Shown here one piece after another: positions 1 to 9,718 of a stretch of DNA of 64,000 nucleotides (its first letter is position 1; every line of letters starts with the position of its first letter). The stretch comes from Thermodesulfobacteriota bacterium (GTDB lineage Bacteria; Desulfobacterota; Desulfobacteria; Desulfobacterales; SURF-7). The notes below the pieces were generated by a model. That model had not been told where the DNA came from, did no database searches, and saw only the letters and a list, made by a program, of their open reading frames with translations. The stretch spans positions 133,406 through 197,405 of the forward strand of contig JBMORA010000064.1 of the NCBI GenBank assembly GCA_049320885.1. The letters are read 5' to 3'. A program made the position numbers and the translations under genes.

Positions 1-931
1 GGATGACACCGATAAAGCGTGAAACAATAATGAAAAAGGAGATCCCAAGGGTTTGCAGAATCAGCATGGGTTGCGGTGTGATGATTTTCATTCCCAGGGA
101 AACAAAGAACAGGATCAGAAAAGAATCCCGCAGAGGCAGGGTCTTGGCGGTGACATGCACCCTGTATGGAAAGAGGGAGATGGATATTCCCGCAATCAGG
201 GCGCCCATTTCTTTCGACACCTCCAGGTAACCGGCCAGACCCGCCATGAATGCGCACCAACCCAGGGAAATGGAAATGACCAGTTCGGGAGATTTGGAAA
301 CCGATTTGAAGATGTATTTCAAGACATATTTGCTGACGGCAATGCCGACGAACACCAAGGCAACGCTTTTTAAAATCGCCATTCCGATGATGCCGGGTTG
401 CAGGTTGTTCAGGTTGGGCTGAAAGGCCAGGATGAAGATGACCCATAAATCCTGGATCACCAATATGCCGACGGAGGTCCTGCCCGTCAAGGTCTCGATT
501 TCAAATTTGTCGTTCAGGGATTTGACGGCGATGGCGGTGCTGCTGAGGGCGCAGAGCAGCGCCAGATAGATTACGGCCATATTGCCACCGGGCGGGGAGG
601 AGAATCCGCCGGCATAAAACACCATCACACCGACTGCCGCGCAGATGGGAAATTGGCCGACCCCGGTGGCCAGAATTTGGGGGCCGGATTGGATGATGGC
701 CTTCAAATCCAACTCCATGCCGATCACAAAGAGCAGGAGGATCAGGCCGATTTCCGAAATGACCGCGATGTTTTCCGTGCTGGTGATCAGTTGCGGTCCG
801 ATTTCCGGTCCCAAAATAATGCCTGCGATAAGATAGCCGACGATGATCGGTTGCCGCAGGGAGTGGGTGATGATGCCGATGACGGTCGCAACCGTCATCG
901 CCATGCCGATATCGATAATGAGCCCATGCAT
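1..931 (-). CDS. Cation:proton antiporter, CPA2/Kef-type (3' end outside window)
   Basis: Not in the ORF track. My minus-strand translation from ATG 931 (AAAGGA upstream) gives MHGLIIDIGMAMTVATVIGIITHSLRQPIIVGYLIAGIILGP...ISEIGLILLLFVIGMELD...ALSSTAIAVKSL...GILVIQD, which are CPA2 motifs. The frame is open to the window edge. Confidence 0.9.
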   Translation of the reverse strand, partial: MHGLIIDIGMAMTVATVIGIITHSLRQPIIVGYLIAGIILGPEIGPQLITSTENIAVISEIGLILLLFVIGMELDLKAIIQSGPQILATGVGQFPICAAVGVMVFYAGGFSSPPGGNMAVIYLALLCALSSTAIAVKSLNDKFEIETLTGRTSVGILVIQDLWVIFILAFQPNLNNLQPGIIGMAILKSVALVFVGIAVSKYVLKYIFKSVSKSPELVISISLGWCAFMAGLAGYLEVSKEMGALIAGISISLFPYRVHVTAKTLPLRDSFLILFFVSLGMKIITPQPMLILQTLGISFFIIVSRFIGVI

Positions 932-993
932 TGCAAATGGTCCTTTACGCAAGCAAGGGGGAAGGGCCTCCCCTTACGTATGTTCTACCCGCG

Positions 994-1503
994 TCAATCC
1001 ATGGAGCAGTCCTCGTCGGAACCGCAATCGCAGCCGCAATCGCAGCCGCAACCATGATTTTCCTGGGTGGGTGTATCACTGATGCCCACAATCTGTATGT
1101 CGAAAGTGAGGGATTCACCGGCCAGCGGGTGGTTCAGGTCCACGATCACTCGCTGGTCATCCACCTGAGCGATGCGGGCCGGAATTTCGTGGCCGTCCGG
1201 ACTGGTCAGGGCGACGGTTTCGCCTACCTCCGGCGTTATCTCCGGTGGAATCTCGGAGCGGTCAAACGTGTGCAGATATTCTTCATTTTTATGGCCGTAT
1301 GCCTCCTCCGGCGCAAGTGTGAACCGTTTTTTTTCATTCAGGGACATGCCCATGAGGGCGGCTTCGAATCCTTTGATCAAGTGGCCGGCGCCGATTTCCA
1401 CTTCCAGGGGATGACGGCCGCGGCTGCTGTCAAATATGTCTCCATTTTGGAGGGTTCCGGTATAATCCACACTGACGAACAGGCCTTTTTCGACTTTTTG
1501 CAT
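994..1503 (-). CDS. slyD: FKBP-type peptidyl-prolyl isomerase, SlyD-like, with Cys-rich tail
   Basis: VDYTGTL..G.IFDSS, G.LIKGFEAAL.GM, PEEAYG and VDLNHPLAGESLTFDI motifs; tail HGCGCDCGCDCGSDEDC. Confidence 0.92.
   Translation of the reverse strand: MQKVEKGLFVSVDYTGTLQNGDIFDSSRGRHPLEVEIGAGHLIKGFEAALMGMSLNEKKRFTLAPEEAYGHKNEEYLHTFDRSEIPPEITPEVGETVALTSPDGHEIPARIAQVDDQRVIVDLNHPLAGESLTFDIQIVGISDTPTQENHGCGCDCGCDCGSDEDCSMD
1022..1051. repeat. 12-bp tandem repeat CCGCAATCGCAG x2.5 inside slyD
   Basis: Copies at 1022-1033, 1034-1045 and a partial copy at 1046-1051; on the minus strand they encode the GCDC repeats. Confidence 0.85.
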
Positions 1504-1577
1504 TTACATCTCCTTTTGATTAAGTAAAATAGACGTACAATACGCGTTTCATCAGACAGGTCAAGGGGAGATTTTTT

Positions 1578-2738
1578 GTGGCGATCCATTTTGAATTTTC
1601 GACGGCGGCCCGCATCTTGTTCGGCCGGGGAAAGATCCACATGGTGGCCCGGCTGGCGCAATCATTGGGTCAGCGGCCCTTGCTCGTGACCGGCAGAGAT
1701 GGTCGCCGTGCGACCGATATACGCAACGAATTGAAAAACATAAATATTGTGCCGGAGTGCCATGCCGTCACTGGGGAGCCGACCATTGAGACCGTCGTTC
1801 AGGGCGCACAGATCGCCATAAGCAAACGCTGTGATCTGGTCATCGGGATCGGAGGCGGCAGCGTCATTGATGCCGCCAAGGCGATTGCGGCGCTGATACG
1901 CAACCGCGATGATGTGATGAATTATCTGGAGGTCATCGGTCTTGGAAAGCCGCTTACCCGGGAACCGGTGCCGGTGATCGCTGTTCCGACCACGGCCGGA
2001 ACCGGGGCTGAAGTCACCGCCAATGCGGTCCTGAGCGCAAAAAGCCATCGGATTAAAGTCAGTCTGCGGCATCCGGGGATGCTGCCGGCAGCCGCCGTCG
2101 TCGATCCGGAATTGACGGTTTCCATGCCGCCCCATATCACGGCAGGCACCGGCATGGACGCCTTGGTTCAGGTTCTGGAACCCTATGTTTCCCGTTATGC
2201 GAATCCGCTGACCGACAGCCTATGCAGGGAGGCGCTGAGAAGGGTGTCCCGCTCCTTCCGCAAAGCCTGGGCGCAGGGCGCTGATGTGGATGCGCGAGAG
2301 GATATGTCGCTGGTCAGCCTGTTCGGAGGGCTGGCCCTGGCCAATGCCAAACTGGGGGCCGTACATGGATTCGCCGCCGCTGTCGGGGGTATGTTTGACG
2401 CGCCTCACGGGTTGATCTGCGCGCGGCTTTTGCCGTTTGTGATGGCCATGAACATCAAGGCCCTGAGGGAAAGAGGGCCGGCGGATGGAATGAACCGATA
2501 TGAGACGGCAAGCCGGCTGTTGACCGGTGAGCCGGATGCACCCGCGGAGAGCGGGATCGAATGGGTTGCAGGCCTTTGTGATGATATGAAGATTCCGGAA
2601 TTGTCCCGGTACGGCGTCACGCCGGACCATTTCACGGAGGTGGTCGTCCGCGCACAGCGGACCAGCAGCATCAAGGGCAATCCGGTGGAGCTGACTACGG
2701 AAGAGCTGGCGGAAGTCTTGCGGCTGGCGGTTGGGTGA
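1578..2738 (+). CDS. Iron-containing alcohol dehydrogenase family protein
   Basis: GIGGGSVIDAAK, PTTAGTGAEVT, GMDAL, LGAVHGFA and PHG motifs. Confidence 0.92.
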   Translation: MAIHFEFSTAARILFGRGKIHMVARLAQSLGQRPLLVTGRDGRRATDIRNELKNINIVPECHAVTGEPTIETVVQGAQIAISKRCDLVIGIGGGSVIDAAKAIAALIRNRDDVMNYLEVIGLGKPLTREPVPVIAVPTTAGTGAEVTANAVLSAKSHRIKVSLRHPGMLPAAAVVDPELTVSMPPHITAGTGMDALVQVLEPYVSRYANPLTDSLCREALRRVSRSFRKAWAQGADVDAREDMSLVSLFGGLALANAKLGAVHGFAAAVGGMFDAPHGLICARLLPFVMAMNIKALRERGPADGMNRYETASRLLTGEPDAPAESGIEWVAGLCDDMKIPELSRYGVTPDHFTEVVVRAQRTSSIKGNPVELTTEELAEVLRLAVG

Positions 2739-2829
2739 AATCGCTGCGGGCGGTGATAACCTAGGCGGCCCGTTTTTCCCCCTGCTGCCTTTGGCCGTTA
2801 CGCGGGAACAAAGCGATCCGCGCGGAAGA

Positions 2830-4539
2830 TTATTTGCAGATATCGTTCTCGGGCCGGGGGCCCAGTATTTTTTCCAGAATGATCTTGCTGATCATATACG
2901 TCGGTTTTATTCCTTCCAGGCCCATGCTTCCGGACGATAACGTCTGCCCGCTCACCAGCGGATTGTCGGAGGCGTAGTATGCATAGCGGGTCTTCACATC
3001 CGGGGCGATGTGTCCGCGAATGATGGCGGATGTGATCGCGCGCTGGTAATGACCGCCTTCCATTTCCAAACCCACCGCTTTCCAGCTCGATCCCTGGAAG
3101 CGGGTCAGTAAATCGCGGTTTTGCAGCGAAGTACCGAAAACGGTGATGATCGGCCCGACATAGACATCGGCCCCTTCCTCGAAGTCTTCCTTTTTCATAT
3201 CATTGTCGACCATGTAATTATGGGCCGTGCCTTCAAAGACATGGGCGGTGGCGAGCATGATGTCCCCTTTTTTGCCGGGCAGGATCCCGGCCTTGCCCAT
3301 GATCGAGATGGAGCGTGTATCAAAGACGATTTGCAGATCACCCGTATTGTCCGGTTCCAGGAGTTCGTCCATGGCTTCAAACGCCTGTTCGCCGAAAGCG
3401 TAGTCCATCACCAGAAGCAGGGGTTGTTCCTTTTTGATATAGGCCTTGTCAATTTTCAGGTCCGGATGAAACATCACAGCCGATAGATGGGCGGTATCGA
3501 TCAATTGGCAATCGATATGCGTTCCGGACGTGTCGGGCAATTCATGGAACCCATGCCCGGTGGCGAATGTTTTGACAGCCTGGTGTTTATCGCGCATTTT
3601 AATGATGAAATCGTAAAGGTCGGTTTCCGATTTTTTCTTGGCGGCCGGTGCCAGGGAACCGTAAGCATACAGCGTGTTGACAATGCTGTGCAGATTGGCG
3701 CTGATGATGTGCAGCGGTCGATTCCGCAGACCCAGTTCGTGGATTTTCATTTTGATGTCGTGGGCCCATTTTTCGCTGTACCGTTGGGTTCCGATCAGGT
3801 CTTTCAGGGCGGGGGTGAAGGAAATGAGCAATTGATTGTCTTTGTCCTGCTTCTCCGCTTCCACGCGTTTGCCCAGATCGTAAATGATATGGAACAGTAC
3901 ATTGATATTTTTTTCGTTGTCGCTATATTTTTCAAGAAAATCATATGTTTCTTTGGTTTCATGGAAGGTTCGGCCCAACAGGATGCTCAGGTTCCAGATG
4001 GCCTTGTCCAACTGGTCGCCGCTCAGTTTCGATTCCTGGGCTATAATTTTATCCAGTTCCTTCCATTCGCGGGTGGGATTCCCTTCCCGGTCTTTCATCT
4101 GATTAAAAATTTTGTTGGCTTCAATATCCAGGAAGGTGACATGGGTGAGAATGTCATAAATTTCACTTAGTCCCCTGGTGATGACAAAGCAAATTTCTTT
4201 TTCGTTGACCCGGTAGGAAGTTCTTCGCCTTTTGGGGGGCATGACTTTTTCAAATGAGGTGTCCTCCAGTTCTTCCTGGGCGGTCACAATAATGCGGTTG
4301 CATTTTTCGATTCCCCTGGGCAGCCGTTCAATCACATATTCCAGCCCCTTCAATTCGATAATTCGCGGGCTGTTCATGGAGCCGTAAATTTCCGGGCTGA
4401 GCATCCGAAGCCCTTCGGCCAGGGTTTGTCCGGAACGGCCGGAGGGTTTGTAATATCCTCTCAGGGCCAGGGCGTCCATGGTCGTTTTGATGATTTTGAT
4501 GGCGATTCTGGCTTTTTGCGATTGGGTCAATGGCTGCAT
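2830..4539 (-). CDS. Conserved hypothetical protein (DUF6909-like) with C-terminal nucleoside-phosphorylase-like motifs
   Basis: Long ORF; ATG 4539 follows GGAG. C-terminal SIMGKAGIL.GKKGDI, GLEMEG and YYASDNPL. The family name is recalled, not searched. Confidence 0.7.
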   Translation of the reverse strand: MQPLTQSQKARIAIKIIKTTMDALALRGYYKPSGRSGQTLAEGLRMLSPEIYGSMNSPRIIELKGLEYVIERLPRGIEKCNRIIVTAQEELEDTSFEKVMPPKRRRTSYRVNEKEICFVITRGLSEIYDILTHVTFLDIEANKIFNQMKDREGNPTREWKELDKIIAQESKLSGDQLDKAIWNLSILLGRTFHETKETYDFLEKYSDNEKNINVLFHIIYDLGKRVEAEKQDKDNQLLISFTPALKDLIGTQRYSEKWAHDIKMKIHELGLRNRPLHIISANLHSIVNTLYAYGSLAPAAKKKSETDLYDFIIKMRDKHQAVKTFATGHGFHELPDTSGTHIDCQLIDTAHLSAVMFHPDLKIDKAYIKKEQPLLLVMDYAFGEQAFEAMDELLEPDNTGDLQIVFDTRSISIMGKAGILPGKKGDIMLATAHVFEGTAHNYMVDNDMKKEDFEEGADVYVGPIITVFGTSLQNRDLLTRFQGSSWKAVGLEMEGGHYQRAITSAIIRGHIAPDVKTRYAYYASDNPLVSGQTLSSGSMGLEGIKPTYMISKIILEKILGPRPENDICK

Positions 4540-4575
4540 GGGCTCTCCGATTCGGATAGTCGACAAAGAAAGGGT

Positions 4576-5442
4576 TCAACAGGCCAGGGTTTTCAAGTAT
4601 TGCCGCAATTGGGGGCCGATATCCGGACGGTCCAGGGAGAACGCCAGATTGGCCATCTGAAACCCGGCTTTATCACCGCAATCGAAACGCGTTCCCTTGA
4701 AGCGATATCCAAAAATGGGCTGTTTCTCCAACAGAATGGCCATGGCGTCGGTCAGTTGGATTTCGCCGCCGGCGCCGACTTTTTTTCTGCCGAGGATGTT
4801 GAATATTTCGGGTGTAAGGATATAACGACCGATGATAGCCGTATTGGATGGCGCTACCTCCGGTCTGGGTTTTTCCACCAGACCGCGAACGCGGATCAGT
4901 TCGTTGCCGATTTCCTCCATGTCCAGGATACCGTATTTTACGGTTTCCTTGGGGTCGACTTCGATGACGGCCACCACCGAAGCCCGTTGGTCTTCATACG
5001 CCTGGACCATCTGGGCCAAAACCGGAACATCCGATTGGATCAGGTCATCGGCCAGCAGAACGGCAAACGGCTCGTTGCCGACAACATTTCGGGCGCACCA
5101 GATGGCGTGTCCCAGCCCAAGCGGCTCACTTTGCCGGGTGTAGATGATGGTTCCGGCTTCCGGCATGGTGGCATGCAGGGCTTGCAGCAGATCGTTCTTG
5201 GAGCGCTCCCGGAGCGCCATCTCCAGTTCGCAGGAGTGATCGAAATGGTCTTCCAGGGCTTCTTTGTTGCGACCGGTGACGAAAATGATCTGCTCAATGC
5301 CGGATTGGAAGGCTTCTTCCACGGCATATTGAATCAAGGGTTTGTCGACAATCGGAAGCATTTCCTTCGGCATGGCCTTTGTGGCGGGCAGAAAGCGGGT
5401 GCCGAGACCGGCGACGGGGAACACGGCTTTGCGTACTTTCAT
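4576..5442 (-). CDS. galU: UTP--glucose-1-phosphate uridylyltransferase
   Basis: KAVFPVAGLGTRFLPATKAMPKEMLP, VEKP and GEIQLTDA motifs; GGAGGAG before ATG 5442. Confidence 0.97.
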   Translation of the reverse strand: MKVRKAVFPVAGLGTRFLPATKAMPKEMLPIVDKPLIQYAVEEAFQSGIEQIIFVTGRNKEALEDHFDHSCELEMALRERSKNDLLQALHATMPEAGTIIYTRQSEPLGLGHAIWCARNVVGNEPFAVLLADDLIQSDVPVLAQMVQAYEDQRASVVAVIEVDPKETVKYGILDMEEIGNELIRVRGLVEKPRPEVAPSNTAIIGRYILTPEIFNILGRKKVGAGGEIQLTDAMAILLEKQPIFGYRFKGTRFDCGDKAGFQMANLAFSLDRPDIGPQLRQYLKTLAC

Positions 5443-5480
5443 CTGAAAACTCCTCCGTTGGATGATCAATAATACTGGAA

Positions 5481-5509
5481 ACTATAGGAGAAAGGCTTCG
5501 CCATGTCAA
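5481..5509 (-). promoter_or_regulatory. Putative sigma70 promoter for galU
   Basis: Minus strand TTGACA-17 nt-TATAGT. Confidence 0.65.
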
Positions 5510-5602
5510 TGAAAGATCGGGAAGAATTAATGGTTGCATTGTGTCCGGCGGCATTGTAGTTTTTATGGGACATATCAACTGAAAACCATGAGGCGGATCA
5601 AC

Positions 5603-6628
5603 ATGAAACCTTCTTATCGAAATGTGCTGGTGACCGGTGCGGCCGGATTTATCGGATTTCACCTTTGCAGGCGCCTGTTGAGCGAGGGCTGTCGGGTTGC
5701 CGGTGTCGATAATATGAATGATTATTACGACGTGCGCTTGAAGGAGGCCCGGCTGGGGATCCTGACCGCCCAACCGGATTTCTCCTTTCACAAGGTGGAT
5801 CTGGCTGACGGGAAGCAGATGACTTCCATTTTTGCCTGTGGGGATTTTGATGTGGTGGTCAATCTGGCGGCCCAGGCCGGTGTGCGCTATTCCCTGGTGA
5901 ACCCCCAGGCGTATGTGGACTCCAACCTGGTGGGGTTTGTCAATGTTCTGGAATGCTGCCGGCATCACCAGGTGGGACATTTCGTCTTCGCATCCTCCAG
6001 TTCCGTTTACGGTGCCAACACCAAAATGCCCTTTTCCATTCATCATAATGTGGACCACCCCGTATCCCTGTATGCGGCCAGTAAAAAAGCCAATGAATTG
6101 ATGGCACATACCTACAGTCACCTGTTCGGCCTGCCATGCACCGGCCTCCGTTTTTTTACGGTTTACGGCCCATGGGGCCGTCCGGACATGGCGCTGTTTC
6201 TGTTCACCAAGGCCATTTTGGAAAACAAGCCGATCAAGGTGTTCAATCATGGAAAAATGAAGCGTGATTTTACCTATATTGACGATATTATAGAAGGACT
6301 GGTGCGGGTCATGACCAGGAAGGCCGCGCCCGATCCGGGATGGCGGGGTGACGATCCGGATCCGGGAACCTCCTACGCACCGTATAAAATCTACAATATC
6401 GGCAACAACCAGCCGGTGGAACTCACCCGTTTCATCGCCGCCCTGGAGAATGCATTGGGATGTGTTGCCCAGAAGGAATATCACGACATTCAACCCGGTG
6501 ACGTGCCGGCGACCTATGCCGATGTGGCGGATCTGATCGCGGATGTGGGTTTTAAACCAGCCACGCCCATTGAGGAGGGAATCAACCGATTCGTGGAATG
6601 GTATCGCGGGTTTTATCGGCAGGGCTGA
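5603..6628 (+). CDS. NAD-dependent epimerase, UDP-glucuronate 4-epimerase (Uge/CapI-like)
   Basis: [26 protein letters not shown] and [14 protein letters not shown] motifs; start placed at ATG 5603. Confidence 0.93.
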   Translation: MKPSYRNVLVTGAAGFIGFHLCRRLLSEGCRVAGVDNMNDYYDVRLKEARLGILTAQPDFSFHKVDLADGKQMTSIFACGDFDVVVNLAAQAGVRYSLVNPQAYVDSNLVGFVNVLECCRHHQVGHFVFASSSSVYGANTKMPFSIHHNVDHPVSLYAASKKANELMAHTYSHLFGLPCTGLRFFTVYGPWGRPDMALFLFTKAILENKPIKVFNHGKMKRDFTYIDDIIEGLVRVMTRKAAPDPGWRGDDPDPGTSYAPYKIYNIGNNQPVELTRFIAALENALGCVAQKEYHDIQPGDVPATYADVADLIADVGFKPATPIEEGINRFVEWYRGFYRQG

Positions 6629-6653
6629 CAGCCGGACCGATCCCGGGTTCACA

Positions 6654-7496
6654 TCAGGCGTATTTTTCCAGTGCGTCTTCCAATTCGATTTCCAACCGTG
6701 CAAGATCGATATCGGAGAGTCCCAGAAGATTGGCTTCGGCCGTTGCCGAAAGAATCAGGGAGGAGGAGTCGATGAGGCCGACACCGATTTTGTTGGCGGC
6801 TTTGTTTGCCAGGCGGACAATGGCCAGCAGAAAATTGTTCTGATCAAAATCTTCCTGATGATGATCCCTGGCGACATCGCAGTATTTTTCAGGCAGATTC
6901 CAGCTTTTCATCAGCGAATACCCTTGTTCCGGGTGGAGCGTCTCCAGAACCTCGTTCAGCAGCGCCTGGGTTGGGTCGAAGTCGATCAGGTTTTTGGACC
7001 GGATTCTTTCAATCACGGTGAGAATGAACAGTTTGCCGACATCATGAAGCAGACCGGCGAAGAAAGCCTCATTTTCAAGGGCCTCAAAACGGCATTGTCT
7101 GGCCAGCCATTGAGAGCCCATGGCGGTGGCCTGGGAATGCCGGAACAGGGTCGTCATGATGGTATTGATGAATCGATCGTTGGACACGAACAGTTCCTTC
7201 TGGCTGACGACCATGACGATCCGGGCGACCTCCCGGATCCCCAGCCGGATGATGGCCTCCTTGACGGTCGAGACTTTTTGCAGTCCGCGGAAAAAAGCGG
7301 AGTTGGCCTGGCGCAGGATTTGTCCTGTCAACGCCTGGTCTCTTACGATGATGTTTTCGATCAGGCCGGTATCCGGATCATCCCGGCCGAGTTCCTGATG
7401 GACCCGCAAGGCGGTTTCATTGAAAACCGGAAGGCGGGTTTCATCCGCCGCCAGTTGTTCGTTGACGATTTCGGTGAAAGATTTTTCCGTTTTCAT
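6654..7496 (-). CDS. HDOD domain protein
   Basis: LPVF, DQALTGQILRQANSAFF, VKEAIIRLG, AGLLHDVGKL and WNLP motifs. Confidence 0.9.
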   Translation of the reverse strand: MKTEKSFTEIVNEQLAADETRLPVFNETALRVHQELGRDDPDTGLIENIIVRDQALTGQILRQANSAFFRGLQKVSTVKEAIIRLGIREVARIVMVVSQKELFVSNDRFINTIMTTLFRHSQATAMGSQWLARQCRFEALENEAFFAGLLHDVGKLFILTVIERIRSKNLIDFDPTQALLNEVLETLHPEQGYSLMKSWNLPEKYCDVARDHHQEDFDQNNFLLAIVRLANKAANKIGVGLIDSSSLILSATAEANLLGLSDIDLARLEIELEDALEKYA

Positions 7497-7518
7497 GTGC
7501 GGCAGTCTCCAGGAAGGA

Positions 7519-9453
7519 TCATATACCTTCCAAACGGCGAAGGGTTGACAGGGGCCGCGGTTTTAGAAGTTTCGGCAGGCACCTGAGTACTTCCTCGATG
7601 GTGGTGATGCCGTCCGCCGCCTTGACGATCCCGTCCTCGAACAGCGTCACAAGCCCCGTGGACTCGATACTGATTTTGCGGATTTCATGGCTGGTCTTCC
7701 GCTCCAGAATCGCATTCCGCACCGGTTCCTCCAGAATCAGCAACTCAAAAACACCCGTCCGGCCTAAATATCCGGTATGTTTGCACTGGCTGCATCCCTT
7801 GCCCCTTTTGAAATTGGCACCCAATAATTCCGTCGGACCGTATCCCAGAAACTGGATTTCCTTTGTGGTGGGAGTATATTCCATCGCACAGGAGGAGCAG
7901 ATCCGTCGCAGAAGGCGTTGGGCAACGACACAAACCACGGTGGAGGAAATCAAAAACGCTTCGATGTCCATATTCAGCAACCGGATCAGGCCGCCGATAC
8001 TGTCCTCGGTATGAAACGTCGTCAGAACTTTGTGACCGGTCAATGCCGCATGGACTGCGACCTCCGCGGAATAATTGTCCCGAATCTCGCCGATGACGAT
8101 CACGTCCGGGTCTTGACGGACGATGTGTCGGAGAGTCTCCTCGAAGGTCAGGTTGATTTTGGGATTGATGGAACACTGGGCGATGCCGTCAATGATATAT
8201 TCCACCGGTTCCTCGGCGGTTATAATGCTGATCTGGGGTGTGTTAATGTGGTTGATGCAGCTGTAAACCGTGGAAGTCTTTCCGGCGCCGGTGGGGCCGG
8301 TGATGATCAAAACACCGCTGGGACTCAGGAGCGCTTCATCCCGGAAACGCTCCAGCATGCGCGGAAGCATGCCGATCTGGTCGATATGCATGAGCTGGCC
8401 CTTCCGGTTCAAGAGCCGCATGACGATTTTTTCACCATATACCGTTACGTATACGGAAACCCGTAAATCCAGTTGCCCGCCGGCATGGTCGAAAAAGATC
8501 CGTCCGCCCTGATGGCGCCGCTTTTCGGCGATGTCCGCCTGGCACATCACCTTGATCCGACTGGCAAGGGCCGGTGAGATATCCGGGGGATAGTCCTTGT
8601 AATGTTGGAGTACGCCATCCTGACGGAAACGAATTCTGAGCCGGTCCTGCATGGGTTCGATGTGAATGTCGCTCACCCGGTTTTCCAGCGCTGAGATGAT
8701 GATGGCGTTCACAAGGCCGGCAATGGAGTCCTCATCCAGGTCGATGCTTCTTCTGGCTTTGGCTCCCCGTTTGATTTTTTCAATGGTGCTGGTGATTTCA
8801 CTTCTCAGGGCAAAAGCCGGAATGATCTTTCGGCCGAAGATTCCCCTTGCCCCGTCCAGATCCTTTTGATCCAGCGGATCGGCGAAAGCCACCAAAACAT
8901 TTTCGGCTTCCTTACGGATGGGAATAAAATGATGGTTTTCATAAAATTTGGTCGGCGCGCTGGCGAAGAGTTGACGATCGATGTCGGTGAATTCAAGTTC
9001 GATGTATGGAAATCCCAGCTGAAGCGACAATATCTCCACCAGTTTTTTTTCATCGATAAATCCATGACTGACCAGGATTTCACCGAGTTTTTTCGATTTG
9101 TCTTCCAGTTGGTGGGCAAAGGCCGCCTGGAGATCGGCCTCGGCAATATATCCGAGTTCCAGAAGCAGACTGCCTATTTTCAAGGAAACCCGATTGGCGC
9201 GCAGGGCTTCCCGAACGCGTTCGTCCGTTATATATTTCAGTTCTTTCAGGATATCCAGCAACGGTTTCGGTGTGGGCAGCTTTTTCCGGATTCGTTCGGC
9301 GTATTCGATCTGCTTCCTGGTCAGGTAACTGGATTTAAGCAATATGGAAATTATTTCACCATATTGCGATAAAAACAACTCTGTTTCCGCAAGCTGTGGG
9401 TTGGTGTCGGAGGCGGATTCCGTCATTTTTACATGATCCTGGGTTGGTTTCAT
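7519..9453 (-). CDS. GspE/PilB-family assembly ATPase with N-terminal MshEN-like repeats
   Basis: SDIHIEP, Walker A GPTGAGKT, RQDPDVIVIGEIRD, His box TGH...TFH, CxxC...CxxC; N-terminal KIGSLLLELGYI and KLGEILVSHGFI. Start may be 9426. Confidence 0.92.
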   Translation of the reverse strand: MKPTQDHVKMTESASDTNPQLAETELFLSQYGEIISILLKSSYLTRKQIEYAERIRKKLPTPKPLLDILKELKYITDERVREALRANRVSLKIGSLLLELGYIAEADLQAAFAHQLEDKSKKLGEILVSHGFIDEKKLVEILSLQLGFPYIELEFTDIDRQLFASAPTKFYENHHFIPIRKEAENVLVAFADPLDQKDLDGARGIFGRKIIPAFALRSEITSTIEKIKRGAKARRSIDLDEDSIAGLVNAIIISALENRVSDIHIEPMQDRLRIRFRQDGVLQHYKDYPPDISPALASRIKVMCQADIAEKRRHQGGRIFFDHAGGQLDLRVSVYVTVYGEKIVMRLLNRKGQLMHIDQIGMLPRMLERFRDEALLSPSGVLIITGPTGAGKTSTVYSCINHINTPQISIITAEEPVEYIIDGIAQCSINPKINLTFEETLRHIVRQDPDVIVIGEIRDNYSAEVAVHAALTGHKVLTTFHTEDSIGGLIRLLNMDIEAFLISSTVVCVVAQRLLRRICSSCAMEYTPTTKEIQFLGYGPTELLGANFKRGKGCSQCKHTGYLGRTGVFELLILEEPVRNAILERKTSHEIRKISIESTGLVTLFEDGIVKAADGITTIEEVLRCLPKLLKPRPLSTLRRLEGI

Positions 9454-9554
9454 GGGAAAAAACGACCGTATTTTCCTGTCGTCTGTCTGAAAAGCCGGGA
9501 AAAAATGCTTGTCCGGGCATGATGCCGGTTCATCGCTGCCGATGGATGGCAGGT

Positions 9555-9583
9555 ATTATACCGAAGCGCGGGTATGGTGTCAA
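9555..9583 (-). promoter_or_regulatory. Consensus sigma70 promoter for the ATPase-HDOD pair
   Basis: Minus strand exact TTGACA (9583-9578), 17 nt, TATAAT (9560-9555). Confidence 0.8.
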
Positions 9584-9718
9584 ATTTGCTTCAATGCAAA
9601 TGATCCGTTCATGGGTCAATGCAGGCGGCTTGTCAGCCGGAGAGGGTTTGTGCTACGGATAGGGATGACCCGTTCGAGGAATGATGGAAATTTCGGAAAA
9701 CCGGACGATGGTGAAACG

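Noticed and set aside
4426..6703. Long opposite-strand ORFs (4426-5472 +, 5294-6703 -; likewise 6543-7586 +, 28501-29307 -, 62550-63872 +)
   Set aside because: They are antisense shadows of well-supported genes, common at this GC content, with no protein motifs.
9575..9590. Sigma54-like TGGTGTCAAATTTGCT on the plus strand upstream of the flavoprotein
   Set aside because: GG-N10-GC spacing is right but the -24 box is poor, and the bases are already explained by the -35 box of the opposite-strand sigma70 promoter.
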